In this document: piece by piece, positions 24,401-36,111 of the stretch
Layout: each line of letters opens with the position of its first letter
How positions within the stretch are numbered: the first letter of the stretch is position 1
Origin: Scenedesmus sp. PABB004
Taxonomy: Eukaryota
NCBI GenBank assembly: GCA_014905635.1
Contig: JABVCE010000022.1
Span: 496,001 to 560,000 of the forward strand
Direction of reading: 5' to 3'
Length of the DNA: 64,000 bases
Position numbers and translations under genes: made by a program
The notes under the pieces: model-generated
What the model was told of the DNA's origin: nothing
Databases searched by the model: none
The model's input: only the letters and a program-made list of their open reading frames with translations

Positions 24401-27400
24401 GCCAGCCCCGCGCTCGCCGCTTCAGCAGCGCCCGCACCGTTGCTGGGCATGGCGATGGCGCCGCCGGACATCGGGATGGCGCTGGCGCGCGCCGCCCGCC
24501 GCGCGGCGGCAGCGCCCAGCCCTGGCCCCGGCCCGCCCCAGCCGCCGGCCGCGCCGAGCAGCAGCGCGGCGCCGCTCGTGGCGACGAGCAGCACGACCAG
24601 CAGCAGCGCCGGCAGCGCGCGTGGCTCGGCGAGCAGCTGCTCGCTGGCCGCCGCCACGCCGCGCGCCGCGCACCGCGCGCCGGCCGCCCACGCGGACCGC
24701 GCCGCCGCGGACGCCGCAGCGTGCGCCCGGGCGGCGCCCGACGCTGGCGCCGCCGGCGCGCCCGCGGCGCCGTCCGCCTCGTCCACGGTCGAGTCGCTCA
24801 GCGCGCCGTCGCCGCACGACGCGGAGCGCCGCGGGCGCGCCTTGTCGCGCAGGACGGTGAAGCCCAACCCCGGCAGCGCCGCGCCGGCGCCGCCGTGCCC
24901 CCGGCGCAGCCGCCGCGCGGCGCCGCCGCCGGCGCCGGGCGCGGCGAGCGCGCGCAGCAGCGCCGGCGCGCGCGGGTGGTCCAGCGCGAGCGCCGCGAGC
25001 GCCGCGAGCAGGAGGCCGGCCAGCAGCGCGTGCGGCAGCGGGTACACCCCACCAAGGGCCGCGCCCAGCGCGAGCGGCAGCCGCGCGAGGCCCGCGCCGC
25101 CGCCGCCGGCGGCGCCGCCGCGCTGGGCGGCCAGCAGCGTGAGCGCCAGCGCCAGCGCCAGCGCGGTCGCGAGCGCGGCGGCGGCGGCGCCGCCGGCCGT
25201 GCGCACGCGGCGCGAGCTCGCGCCCAGCCGCGCGCTCAGCAGGCCCTGCTCGGTGCTGAGCGAGCCCAGCAGCTCGGCGCTGGGCACCGCCTCGAGGCGG
25301 CCGCCGCCGCCGTGCGGCGAGGCGCCGCCGTGCCGGGGCCGCTGGTCGCGGCGCCGCACGTCGGGCGACGCCGCCGCGCCGCCCGCCGCGGGCGAGGCCG
25401 GGAGCTGGCGCGGCGCCGCCTTGGCCAGGGCGCCGGCCGTGGGAGCGCCGGCGGCCACGATGCGCCGGGGGGCCCTGCCGAAGACGCCCGGGCTGTGCGG
25501 GCTGACGCCGCCGCGCTCGCTGGCGCCCGTGCTCCAGCCGCTGGGCGCGGGCGAGCCCCGCTCGCTCGCGCGCCTGCGCGGCCGCGGCGTGGCGGCGGCG
25601 GCGCCGACCATCGACAGAATGCCGCCCGCGACCTCGGGCGTCATCGGGCTGGCCGCGCCGAGCCGGGCGCTGCCGGCGGCGCTGCTCGCGGGGCCCTCGG
25701 GCACCGCCGGCAGCGCGCCGCCGTCGTCGGGGATGACGAGCGCCGCCGGCGGCGCCCGCCCGCCGGCCGGGCCCGCGCCGCCGCCGCCGCCGCCGCCGGC
25801 CTGATAGTCTGCCCACCCCGGCCGCGCGAGCGGCACCCGCGCGTCGGCGCCGGCTCCGGCGCGCGCGCCCGGGCGCGGCGCCTCGCTCGCCCAGCCCGCG
25901 GGCACGCCCGGCTCGGCCGCCGCGCCGACGCGGCCGGGCGCAAAGCTGAAGGCCTCTCCGCCCGCGGGCGAGAGGTCGCCGCCCGCGGGCGACAGGTCCA
26001 GCGCGGCGAGGCCCTCGCCCGCGGCCGGCGCAGACAGCGCAGAGTCGGAGCTCACGCGCGGCGCGCGGCGCGCGCCGTCGTGGCTGCGCCGCGCCGCGGC
26101 GCGCCCGCTGCCCGAGCTCGTGCGCGGCCGCCAGCCGGCGTCGCGGCCCGCCGCCGCCGCGGCCGCAAGGGTGGTGCGGATGCTGCTCACGCCCGACGCG
26201 GCGCTCACGCTGAGGGGCCGGCCCCCCTCGCCCAGCGCGGGCAGGCCGGAGGCCTCCAGCAGCGACTTGCCGTCGGGGCCGAGGTGCAGCGGCTGCCCCG
26301 TCGCCGCCGACGCGAGCGGGCGCCGCGTGGCCAGCTCGAGCAGGTGGCCTGGCGGCGGGCGCGGGCGCACGGCGCGGGCGCGGGCGCGGGTGAGGCCGCC
26401 GCGCGCGGCGCAGAGCCGGCAGAGGGGCCGGCGGGCCGGCGGCCGGCGCGTACCGTTGGGCGCCAGCCCCAGCTGCTGCCCGCCCGGCGAAAGCAGCGGC
26501 CGGCCGCTGGAGGTCACCAGCGCCGTGCCATCGGGGCCGAGCCGCAGCGCCGAGCCGTCGGGCCCCAGCAGGGTCCTGCCGTCCCGCCCCACAGCGGCGC
26601 GCGCGACGGCGCCGATCGAGGGGCTGCGTGCGCCGGGGGGCGCGGCGGCGGCGTGAGTGGCGCGGGACGGGCGCCGGGGCCCTGCCCGCGACTGCGCCGC
26701 GCTCGAGCGGCGGCCGCCAGGCTGCGCGCGCAAGCCTTACCTCAGCCGCGCGCCGTCGCGGCCCAGCACCGGCTGGCCGTCGGGGCCAACGAAGCACTTG
26801 CCGTCCACGGAGAGCGCGAGCGGCTGGCCGTCGGGGCCTGCGCGGCCGGCGGCGAGCGAGTGAGCGCGCAGGCGGGCGCGTTTGGGGGCGCGCCGCGCGC
26901 CGCGCGCCGCGCGCGCACCCGTGAGCGGTGCGCGGCCGCGCGCGAGCACGAGGCGGCCGTAGCAGTCGATGGCGAGCGGCTCGCCGGCGGGGCCCAGCAG
27001 CGGCGCGAGGCCGCCCAGGCCCGCCAGCGCGGCGAGGGCCTTGACCGCTGCCTCGGCGCGCTCGCCGGTCGTGTCGCACTGCGCCGCGGCCGGCGCCTCG
27101 GCCGCTGCGGCCCCCGCGCCGCCGGCGCCGCGGCGGCCCGCGGCGGCGTTGCTGGCGTTGCTGTCGCAGGCGCCGGCGGCGGCCGCGGGCGCGCCCTCGG
27201 TCACCGCGCCCAGCGCGGCCGAGAGGCCGCGCCCCGCCGAGCCGAGGCCCTGGCCCGACAGGCCGCGCAGCAGCGGGCCGCCCCCGCCGGGCGCTGCAGA
27301 GCCGAGGCCGAGCAGGAGGCCGCCAAAGTTGCCGCTGCTGCCCATCCGGCGCAGCCGCCGCGCCGCCGCGCCCGCGACAAGGGCGGTCAGGTTGGTCAAG

Positions 27401-30400
27401 CCGGCCGCGTTGGCCACGCCGCCGCGCGCGCCGCCGCTGCGCGCGCCGTAGAGGCGGCCGGCGCAGCCGAGCACGAGCGGGCGGCCGTCGGGGCTGACGA
27501 GCAGCCGCCCCGCGCCGCTGAACGCGGGCGGGCTGGCCGCGAGCGCGAGGCGCGGCGGGGCGCCGCCGCCGGGGCCGGCCGCGCCCGCGCGCCCGCTGCC
27601 GTCCACGAGGCTGATGCCGTCGGGGGCGATGTGAAGGAATTCGCCGTCCGGCCCCACCAGCGGCCGGCCGTCGGGCGTGAGCAGCGTGCAGTCGGGGCCC
27701 AGCGACAGCGACTGCCCCTGCCGGAGCGGCGGGCGGACGGGAGCGGCGGGCGCTCGCGGGCGCGGCGCGGCGGCGGGCCACGGCAGCGGGTGCGCGGCGC
27801 GGCGGCGCACCTGCGGGCCCAGCAGCGGCAGGCCGCGCGAGCTCAGCAGCGTCGCGCCGTCCGGCGCGAGCGTGAGGTGGCAGCCGTCCGGCCCGGGCAG
27901 CGGCCCGCCCTGGGGCGTGGTCGCCAGCGGCAGGCCCGAGCCGCTGGTCAACGGCTTGCCGTCGGGCTCCAGCAGCGCCTGCGCGGACGGCGGGCAGCGG
28001 GGCGGGCGGGCGGCCGGGGATGGACGCGCCTCGCGGCACGCGAGTCGCGTGCCGGACGCGGGCAGCGAGCAGTCGACGCAGCCGTCGCCGCAGCGGTGCG
28101 CGCCGCGGCTGCCGCCGCGCCCCCACCTCCAGCGGGGCATCGCCCGGGCCCAGCAGCGGCGCGCCGCGGTCGTCCAGCAGCGCCGCGCCGCCCTCGCCGC
28201 CCAGCACCAGCCGCAGCGGCTCGCGGTCGCGGCCGCGCAGCACGCGGCCGCCCGCCGCCAGCACCTGCCCCGCGCCCTCCGGGTTGGGCGCGACGCCCAG
28301 GAGCCGGCCGTCACGCAGGCGCAGCGGCTCGCCGCCCGCGCCGACCAGCACGGGCGCGGGCGGCGCCGGCAGCGCCGGCGGTGCCACCAGCGCGAGCAGC
28401 GCCTCGGGCGTGGCCTGGCCGTGTGCGAGGGCCAGCGCCAGCACGCCGGCCGCGCACGCGGCAGCCGCGAGCGGCAGCAGCAGCAGCAGCCAGGCGATGG
28501 CCTGCGGCGAGACGGGGCAGGCGTCAGGGCGGCGGGCCCCGAGCCCGACCCCTCGCGCGCCCCCGCGCCCCGACCAGCCATCAGCCCCAGCCGCGCACCT
28601 GGGTCCCAGCGGGGCCCGCAAGCCCCGCCCAGCACAGCGGCAGCAGCGCCGCGACCAGCAGCCACGCGGCCGCCGCCGCGCCGCCCCCTGCGGCCAGGCC
28701 GGCCTCCACCAGCAGGTGCACCTGGCCCTTGCGCACGCAGCGCTCGACCGCGCAGGCCAGCGCCGGGCGGAGCTGGCCCCGCGCCGCGGCAGCGGCCAGG
28801 CGGCGCGCGAGCGCGCGGCCGCGCTCGGCCGCGCCCGGCCGAGCGCACCGCGCCGCCAGCGGCCGGCCGTCCACGCCCCACGCCGGCATGCCAGTGGCGC
28901 TGCTGACGAGGCGGCCGTCGGGGGCGAGGGCCAGCGCCGAGCTGTCCGCGCCCAGCAGCGGCGCGCCGCTGTCGGCGCGCACCAGCACTGGCGCGCCGCC
29001 GCACCTCGGCGGCGCGTCCGCAGCGCCGCGCCGACAGGCTGCGCCCGTGCCGAGGTGGGGAAAGTCATCGGGCGTGGCGGCCAGCGCCAGCGGCTCGCCG
29101 CCCACGCCCAGCAGCGGCGCGCCGCGCCCACTGCAGGTCAGCAGCGGCCACACGGTCACCGGCGGCGCCGCCGCGCCCGCGGCGTCCGCCCCCGCGGCGC
29201 CGAGCCGCGCGGCTGCCGCCGCCGCGAGCGCGCCGCCACGCTGCGCGGCGGCGGGTGCGCCCAGCAGCAGCGGGCGGCCGTCGGGCGCGCGCAGGGGGCG
29301 GCCGTCGGGCGCGAGCGCCATCGGGTGCAGCACGCCGCGCCGCGTCGCGTGGTAGGGATGACCCGTGCCCGACGTGATGTGCGGCGGCGGCAGGAGGCCC
29401 GCGTAGGGCCGCGGGCCGCCGCCCGCGGCCGCGAGCTGCATCACCGCGCCGTCGGCGGCCAGCAGCACGCGCGGCCGCGCTGCGTCAACCAGCAGCGTGG
29501 CGCCCTGCAGGAAGAGCGGCCGCCCCGCCAGCAGCAGCGGCGCGGCGTCGCACGTCGCGGCATCGGGCGGCGGCGGTGGCACCGCCGCGACCGCGGCGGG
29601 CGGCGCCGCGGCGACCGGGGCGGCGGGCGGAGCCCCGCCCGACGCGGCATGCGGCGCCGGCGCCGGCGCAGACTGCTGCTCCCACAGCCCGCTCGGCGCG
29701 CGGGCGTACAGGTCCAGCGCGCCCAGCAGCGGCTGCTCGCTCGCGGCCTCGCTCCCCGAGTGTGACGCGGCGCTGCCCGGCGGCTCCGGCGCGAGCGACG
29801 CGCTGCGCAGCCGCCCCAGCCCCGGCACCACGCGCGCGAGCGCGGCGGCTGCGGCGGCGGCGGCGGCAGCTGCCGCGGACGACGTCCGCTGCGGGGCTGG
29901 CCCGCCGTGCGCGGCGCCGCGCACGGGCGAGGCCGAGCTCGCGAGCGCGTGCGCCGCAAAGGGGCTCAGGCCGAGTGCGGGGCCCGCCGCCGGGTCGGCG
30001 GCCTCCCGCTCCGGCTGCCCCGCCTGCTCCTGCTGCTCTAGCTGCCCCAGCTGAGCCTGCTGCTGCTCGTCCAGCTGCCCCAGCTGGCCCTGCTGCTGCT
30101 CCGTCAGCTGCCCCAGCTGAGCCTGCTGCTCCAGCTGGCCCTGCTCCAGCTGCTCCCCCGGCGCAGTCTCAGCGCCCTGATCGCACGGCGATGCTGCCGG
30201 CGCGGCGGCTGCGCCCCTCCCTGCCTGCTCCAGCTGCTGCGGCTGCGGCTCGCGCTCTAGGAAGTAGCTGCGCGTGGGGATGGGCCCCGAGTAGGTGGAG
30301 CCCGGCGGGCCTCGTGGCGACACCGGCTCCGCCGCAAGCGCTGCGGGTGCGCGGCGGGCGCACGGCGCGGGTGGGCCAGGGGGCTGCGGCTGCGGCCCCG

Positions 30401-30831
30401 CAGCAGCCTTCGAGGTCCCAGCAGCACGGCGGGCTCACCCGAGGGCGTGGCGGTGTAGACCGTGGTCGGCGCCGGCGCCGGCGCAGCAGCGGCCTCGCCC
30501 GGCGCGGCGGCCAAGCCCTGCGGCGCGCGTAAAGGCGGCGCCGCGGCGTGGACGGCTTGCAGGAAAACGGCTCGCGCCTTCGGCCTGCCGGCAGCGCGCC
30601 TGCCAGGCCAACCCGCGCGCGCCAGGCCGCTGCTGCTGCTTTTCGACGCGGCGCGGGCAGTGCGGGCAGCGGCGCCCCTGGCCGTCCCGCCGGACGCACC
30701 AGCCAGTGTGCCACGCGCTCCCTGGACACCGCAGAGCGCCGCCGCGTCGGCTCCTGCTGCGCGGGCTCCCCCGGCGGGCCGCGCCCCGCCCTGGCGACCT
30801 CCCGCGCCGCCCGTTCGGCCCGGCGCGGCAT
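19390..30831 (-). CDS. Giant (>3000 aa) Ala-rich hypothetical membrane protein with GPDG-x-PL repeats, an AAAEQ repeat and several hydrophobic segments
   Basis: ORFs 28581-30323, 26737-29004 and 19390-26733 link in frame through GT..CAG introns. Inferred first exon is ATG 30831 to 30700. Hydrophobic stretches include AIAWLLLLLPLAAAACAAGVLALAL and YLVFVFFCVGATAWFVWPL. Confidence 0.65.
23571..23976 (-). repeat. Coding 15-bp tandem repeat encoding (AAAEQ/AAAER)n, about 25 units
   Basis: Unit ccgcggcctgctccg on the + strand, with variants. Confidence 0.9.
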
Positions 30832-31854
30832 GGGCGCGGGCTGGCGCTCACGGCCGCGCCGCTCGAGCGATCGCGGGCGCCATGCTGCTGCACGCGGGCG
30901 CCGGTGCTGCTCCACGAGCGCGCTGCGGCGTCCCCGCGTCCTCGTGCTCGCGTGCGGGGAGGCTCGACGGGGTGTCCGGACTGCGGCGTTGGGCGGCTGC
31001 ACGATGGGCGATGCCGCAGCAGTAGCCGCAGCCGCAGCACACAGTCACTGATGTGTGTGTGCAGGCGTCACCGGCAGCGGTGCGGTCGGCCCCCTCAAGG
31101 TGGATTGTTGCCACGCACACCCCTCGCGAGCCATGCACACCGAATTACCAACACAAGCCAGCACCACACACCTTGCAGCTGTCCCTGCACCCACGCCGTC
31201 GCAGCCCGAACGCAGCGAACGCAGCGAGAGCTGGCACCGCACGCCCCAACAACGCACCCCCGAGTGGTTTGCCCCCCGACGGTCAGGCTGGGCGGCGCGC
31301 ACTCTGCTCAGCGCGGCCGTCAGTGCTCTGCGCCCGCGGCGCCGCCCGGCCGCCTGCACAGGCTGGCGCGGGCGGCGCGCGCCGGGCGGGTCGGTCGCCG
31401 CGCAGCACGCTTCAGTGCCGTAAGCGAGGCAAGTTCTGCCGGGTGCTGGCCGGACAGAGCTGAGCGCAGCCAGGGCCCGCTCCCCGCACGCGTCGCACAG
31501 CTAGTAGCGCATGGGCGCACCCAGCGTCGTTGCCGGCACAGCCGGCAATCAGTCCGCAAGGAAGGGCTTTCAGGGGCTTTCAAGCGAGGCAAGAAGGAAG
31601 GCAAGCGAAGGCAAGCAAAGGTAAGGAATGCCACTACGGATCACCTGCCTCGCGCAACGCCGGCGCCGCCCACGGCGGCGACCGCCCAACCGACGCGAGG
31701 TTTGCGCCTGCCCGCTGCACGCGCGCCAACTCACGGCGCGGCAGGCTCGTTGTTTGTTGCGCACGCCCTCGTGCGCAGCCTTCAGTCGTCGTCGTCGTCG
31801 TTGTCCAGGGGTCGCTGCCCTCAGCTGTTATGCGGCGTCAGTTGGCCGTGGTGC

Positions 31855-33252
31855 TCAGTCCAAGAGATAGAGGAGCTGCTGCTGCTGCTGGTGCTGGTGC
31901 TGGTGCTGGTGCTGGTGCTGGTGCCGCTCCTGCATTGGCGGCAGCGACGGCTGGCCAGACGGCGCGGGGGCCTTGGCCGGCCGCTCGGCCGCGCCGGCCG
32001 CCTGCGCCGCGCCGGCCGCGTGGGGCCCGACGCTGAAGCTGCTGAGGCGCAGGCAGCTAGCCGTGAGGCCGGCGAGCATGGTGCTGCTGCTCCGAGGGCT
32101 GAGCAGCGTGCTGCACGACAGCAGCTCCAGGACGGGCTGCTGCCGAGCGCCGCCGCCGGCGGACGCGGGCGCCGCGCGCGCGGGGACCGGCCGCGCGCCG
32201 CCGAGCGGCGCCGCCGCCGGCCCGCCCGCCAGCGCCGCGCCCGCGAGCACCAGCATGCTGCCGCTGGCGGGCAGCGCGTCGCACGCAGCCGCGCCCCCGG
32301 CGACAGGCGCCGTGCGCGTCGCGGCGCAGCCGCTGGGCCGCCGCACCGAGCGCGCGCCGCCGCCGCCGCCGCACGGCGCCGCCTCGGCGGCGCGCCTGCC
32401 CGGCAGGCCGCACAGGCTGCAGCTCGCGCGGTGCTGCTGCAGCAGCACGTCGAGGGAGGAGCAGGAGAACGACGCCAGCCGGCTGCCGGGCATGGTCGTG
32501 GAGCCGTGCCCCAGCAGCAGCAGCGCGTCGCCGCCGCACGGGGTCAGGAGCGTGCACACGTCGGCGCCGCCGGTGTGCGTGCCCGGCGCCGCGGCATCCG
32601 CCGCTGCCGCGAGCGCGGCGTGCGCCGCGGCCACCAGCGGGTCGGCAGCGTACACGGCGTCGAGCGCGGCCGCGGCCGCCGCCGCGTCCGCGCCGGCGAC
32701 GCCGGCGCCGGCGACGGCCGCGAGGAGCGCGCTCGCCGGCGGCGTGCGCGGCAGCGGCGCCGTGCCGATGCGCCAGTCGTCGAGCGCGCCGCTGCTGCAG
32801 TCGTCCTCCGACGCGGCGGCCGCGGCCGAGGAGTGCAGGCTGAGCGCGCCGCTGTGCGCAAAGTTGGAGCTGCGCGTGCTCCCCGTGGCGGCGCTCGGGG
32901 GCTCGCTGTCGCTGCAGCTCTCGCTGCCGTCGCCGTCGTCGGCGTCGTCGTCGTCGCCGTCGTAGTAGCCGACCGGCAGCAGGCAGAAGCCGTGGCCGCA
33001 CGCGCGGGGGGCGCGCGCCTCGCCGTCAGCAGCACAGGCGTCACCCGCCGCCGCCGCCGCCGCGAGCGCCGCGCGCGCCGGCGGCGTGCCGACCGCCGCC
33101 ACCTGCGCCCGCGCGACCGCCACGAGCTCGCGCGTGGTGCGCTGCTCCGCGCGCAAGGCGTCCTCGGCCGCGCGGCCCCGCCCGGCGCTCAGGGCGCTCA
33201 GGGTCGGCGGGCGGGCGGCGCGGGAGGCGCGGGTCGAGTCGTCACGGCCCAT
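31855..33252 (-). CDS. Hypothetical low-complexity protein with an acidic patch and a C-terminal HQ repeat
   Basis: ATG-initiated 465-aa ORF with plausible codon usage; no recognisable domain. Confidence 0.45.
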   Translation of the reverse strand: MGRDDSTRASRAARPPTLSALSAGRGRAAEDALRAEQRTTRELVAVARAQVAAVGTPPARAALAAAAAAGDACAADGEARAPRACGHGFCLLPVGYYDGDDDDADDGDGSESCSDSEPPSAATGSTRSSNFAHSGALSLHSSAAAAASEDDCSSGALDDWRIGTAPLPRTPPASALLAAVAGAGVAGADAAAAAAALDAVYAADPLVAAAHAALAAAADAAAPGTHTGGADVCTLLTPCGGDALLLLGHGSTTMPGSRLASFSCSSLDVLLQQHRASCSLCGLPGRRAAEAAPCGGGGGARSVRRPSGCAATRTAPVAGGAAACDALPASGSMLVLAGAALAGGPAAAPLGGARPVPARAAPASAGGGARQQPVLELLSCSTLLSPRSSSTMLAGLTASCLRLSSFSVGPHAAGAAQAAGAAERPAKAPAPSGQPSLPPMQERHQHQHQHQHQHQQQQQLLYLLD

Positions 33253-33876
33253 GGTGCCGCGGCCGCGCCCCGGCTCGGGCGTAGCGGGGCGGGAGAGCGG
33301 GGCGACGTCCGACGGCCTCAGGCTGTCCTGGCCCGCTCAGGCGCTGCCGGGCTGGTGCCGCGCTTGCACGACGTGACGGCCTTCCAGGAGCTTCCAGGAG
33401 GCCTTCCAGCGGGCGATGCAGCGGCAGGGGTGCGGCATGGGCAGCGCGCGAATCAGTCTGCAGGCGCCGCGGCTGCCGGGCCGTCGATGAGCGGCGCGAC
33501 GAGCCGCGGGAGAAGCTGTGCGCGAAGAGTGAGCGGTCGGCGGCGCCGGGGCAGGCGCGGGCGGACACGGCGAACCTGGCAGTCACGCGCGCGCGTGTGC
33601 GCCTGGCCCTCGTCGCGCCGCGGCTGTGGGCGCGGGATGAGCATGGTGGACCACCCAGCGCGGCGCCGGGGCGGGGCGGCGCTGTCACCCGACGCGCGCG
33701 CGGCGGCGCGACGTGCGCGCCGCCGCGGCGCGGCCGCTCGCTCACGGCTCGCGCACAATCGATCGCTCAGCACACAACCGCGCTCGCAGCAGTCCTGGTG
33801 GTGATACAAACTCGACACGGCACGCATGGTGGTACACATACACGGCGCTGCGCCGCCGGCCGGCCGCGCGCTCAGC

Positions 33877-35739
33877 TCAGCCGGCGAGGTAGAAGTCCAT
33901 CTTGTCGGCCGTCTGGTTGAGCGGGCTGCTCGCGACACCCTCCCACGGCACAAACACGCACGCGCTCAGGCCGCGCCGGAAGTTGGTCACCGCGCCCGCG
34001 CCCGCGGGCGTCGCGTCGGGGTCTGCGGCGCGCGCGGCGGCGGCGCGCGCGGCGGCGGCGCGCGCGGCGGCGGCGGCGGCGGCGGCGTCAGCGCCCGCGC
34101 CCGCGCCCGCGCGGGCACAGCGCCCGCCGCCGCCGCCGCGGCGCGCACCCGCGGTGCCGAGCATGCTCGTCGCCGTGCCGAGCTCGCGGTCAAAGCTGTT
34201 GAGCTCCTCTAGGTCCAGCCGGTTTGCCGCGCCGAGCGCCGGCACGCCGCGGATCGCGCAGCGCGCGCGCACCTCGGTGCTGCGCGGCCGCGGCGTGCAC
34301 GTGGCGGCGTGGGCGGGGGGCGCCGCGCCGCGCAGCACGCGTGCGCGCGCCCCGCGCCCCCCTGCCCGCGTGAGCCCTGCCCGCGTGAGCCTCGCTCACC
34401 CGCGTGTGTTGGGGTAGACGATGATCAGGAAGACCTTGCCGCCCTAAACCCCAGGGCAGCAGCGGGGAGGGAGGGCGGCGACGTGGTGAGGAGCGGCAGT
34501 GCCAGCAGAAGGGGAGGGCGGCCGGCCGCGGCAGCAGGGGAGGCGGCGTGCGCGCGGGAGGCGGGGCCGTGTTGCTGCCCCCCGCCCCTCTCTCCCCTCC
34601 CCCCCCCCACACACACACCCACCACACGCACCTTGATGACGTAGCGGCCGCTGAAGACGTGCGCCTCGCCCGGCCGCGACGCGCGGCCGCAGGCGTGCCG
34701 CGTGGCGAGGCTCTTGGCCGCGCGCGCGACGGGCAGCGGGCTGGTGCGGTAGAGCAGCGTGCCGTCGGCAAAGAACCGAAAGTACCTGGGGGGTGGGGGG
34801 GGGGGGGGGGGGGGTCGGCGGGCGGGCGGGCGAGGCGGCGGGCGGGCACGGGTGAGGGGGGCCGGCGGAGGAGGGCGGCGCCAGGGCGGCGGCGCGGCGG
34901 CGCCGGGGCGGCGCGCGTGCGCGGCGCGCCTGAAGTACGTCACCAGGAAGCAGGTGCGCTCGCGGCGCCACTCGGCTGCGCCCTGGCGGATGTAGGTGTT
35001 GCGGCTGACGTAGAGGCCGTCGAAGCGCAGGTGCGGGCACTCCAGGAACAGGCGCCGCCACGAGCCCCTGCGCGGCGCGGCGCGGGGGGTCGCGGCCGGG
35101 GTCCGCCGTGCGGCGGGCCGCCACGCCCACCGGCCGCGCGCCGCGCCCGCCGGCGCCGCCCGCCGCCGCCGCGCGCGCCTGAAGCTCTGGCGCACGAGCT
35201 CCGCGCAGGGGCGCACATCCTTGTGGGACGCGCCGTACGCCTGCTCGCACGCCGCCTGCCAGTGCCGCGGGTGGTCCGCGAGGTGGCGCCACTGCCGGCA
35301 CGCGCACGCGGCGCGGCCGAGGGAGTAGGGGTCGAGGTGGGCGAGGATGGTGTGCAGCATCTCCTCGGGAAACACGCGCTGGATGGGCGCGAGCTCGGCC
35401 TGCACCGCGGCAGCAGCGGCGCCGCGGTCGGCGCAGCGCGGCGCGGGCCGCGGCGCATGCCGCCGGCCGCCGCTCCGCTCCCGGGCGCTGCGCGCGGGAC
35501 CGCGCCAGGCTGGGCGCGCCAGGGCCGGCGAGGGCCGGCCGGTGCGCGCCGGGAGGGGGCGCTGCTGCCCGGCCACGCGTCCGCGACCGCGCGCCAGGCC
35601 CCGCCGGCGCGCGGCGCGAGCACAGGCGCCGCACCTCATCCACCGCGATCCCGAGCCGCGGGCGCGGCTTGAGCAGGACGTTGTAGAGCGAGAGCCAGGG
35701 CCGCTCCTCCGCGGGCGCCAGCGTCAGCGCCACGCTCAT
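33877..35739 (-). CDS. F-box protein, FBXO9 / plant F-box protein 7-like; 6 exons
   Basis: RPWLSLY, F-box (FPEEMLHTILAHLDPYSLGRAACACRQW), PHLRFDGLYVSRNTYIRQG, VTYFRYFRFFADG, RRGLSACVFVPW..MDFYLAG*. Confidence 0.88.
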
Positions 35740-36111
35740 CCCGGCGGTCTGGCCCGGTGCCAGCAGCAGCGGGGTGCGAGCAGGCGCCCGGCTCCGCACG
35801 GCGTGCGGCGGCGGCGGCGCCGCGGGCGCTGCAGCGCTGCGCTTTCGCGGTGCTGCCGCCGCGGGCGACCGCAGGGTGCGGGGGAGGTCGGGAGCGGGCA
35901 ATCGGCGGCGGCGGCGGCGCGTCAGGGGGCGCCCGCAGCGCGGCGCCCGCGCGCCGAGCGGGTCAACGAAGAACCCTCGCTGAACGCAGTCGGGCTGCCC
36001 GCGCCTGTGGCTGCCCCGCACGCTCGCACCCCACGCGGCCCTCGGAAGGCCCCGCGCCGCCTGCGCGCGCTCGACGGCGGCGGCGGCACGGAGCATGCGC
36101 GGCGCGCCAGC

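Noticed and set aside
23314..29355. 2013-aa + strand ORF and other long overlapping ORFs (30295-33804, 57199-60249, 24422-29131)
   Set aside because: Arg/Ala/Pro-rich shadow frames expected at this GC content; the coding frame is on the other strand or in another frame.
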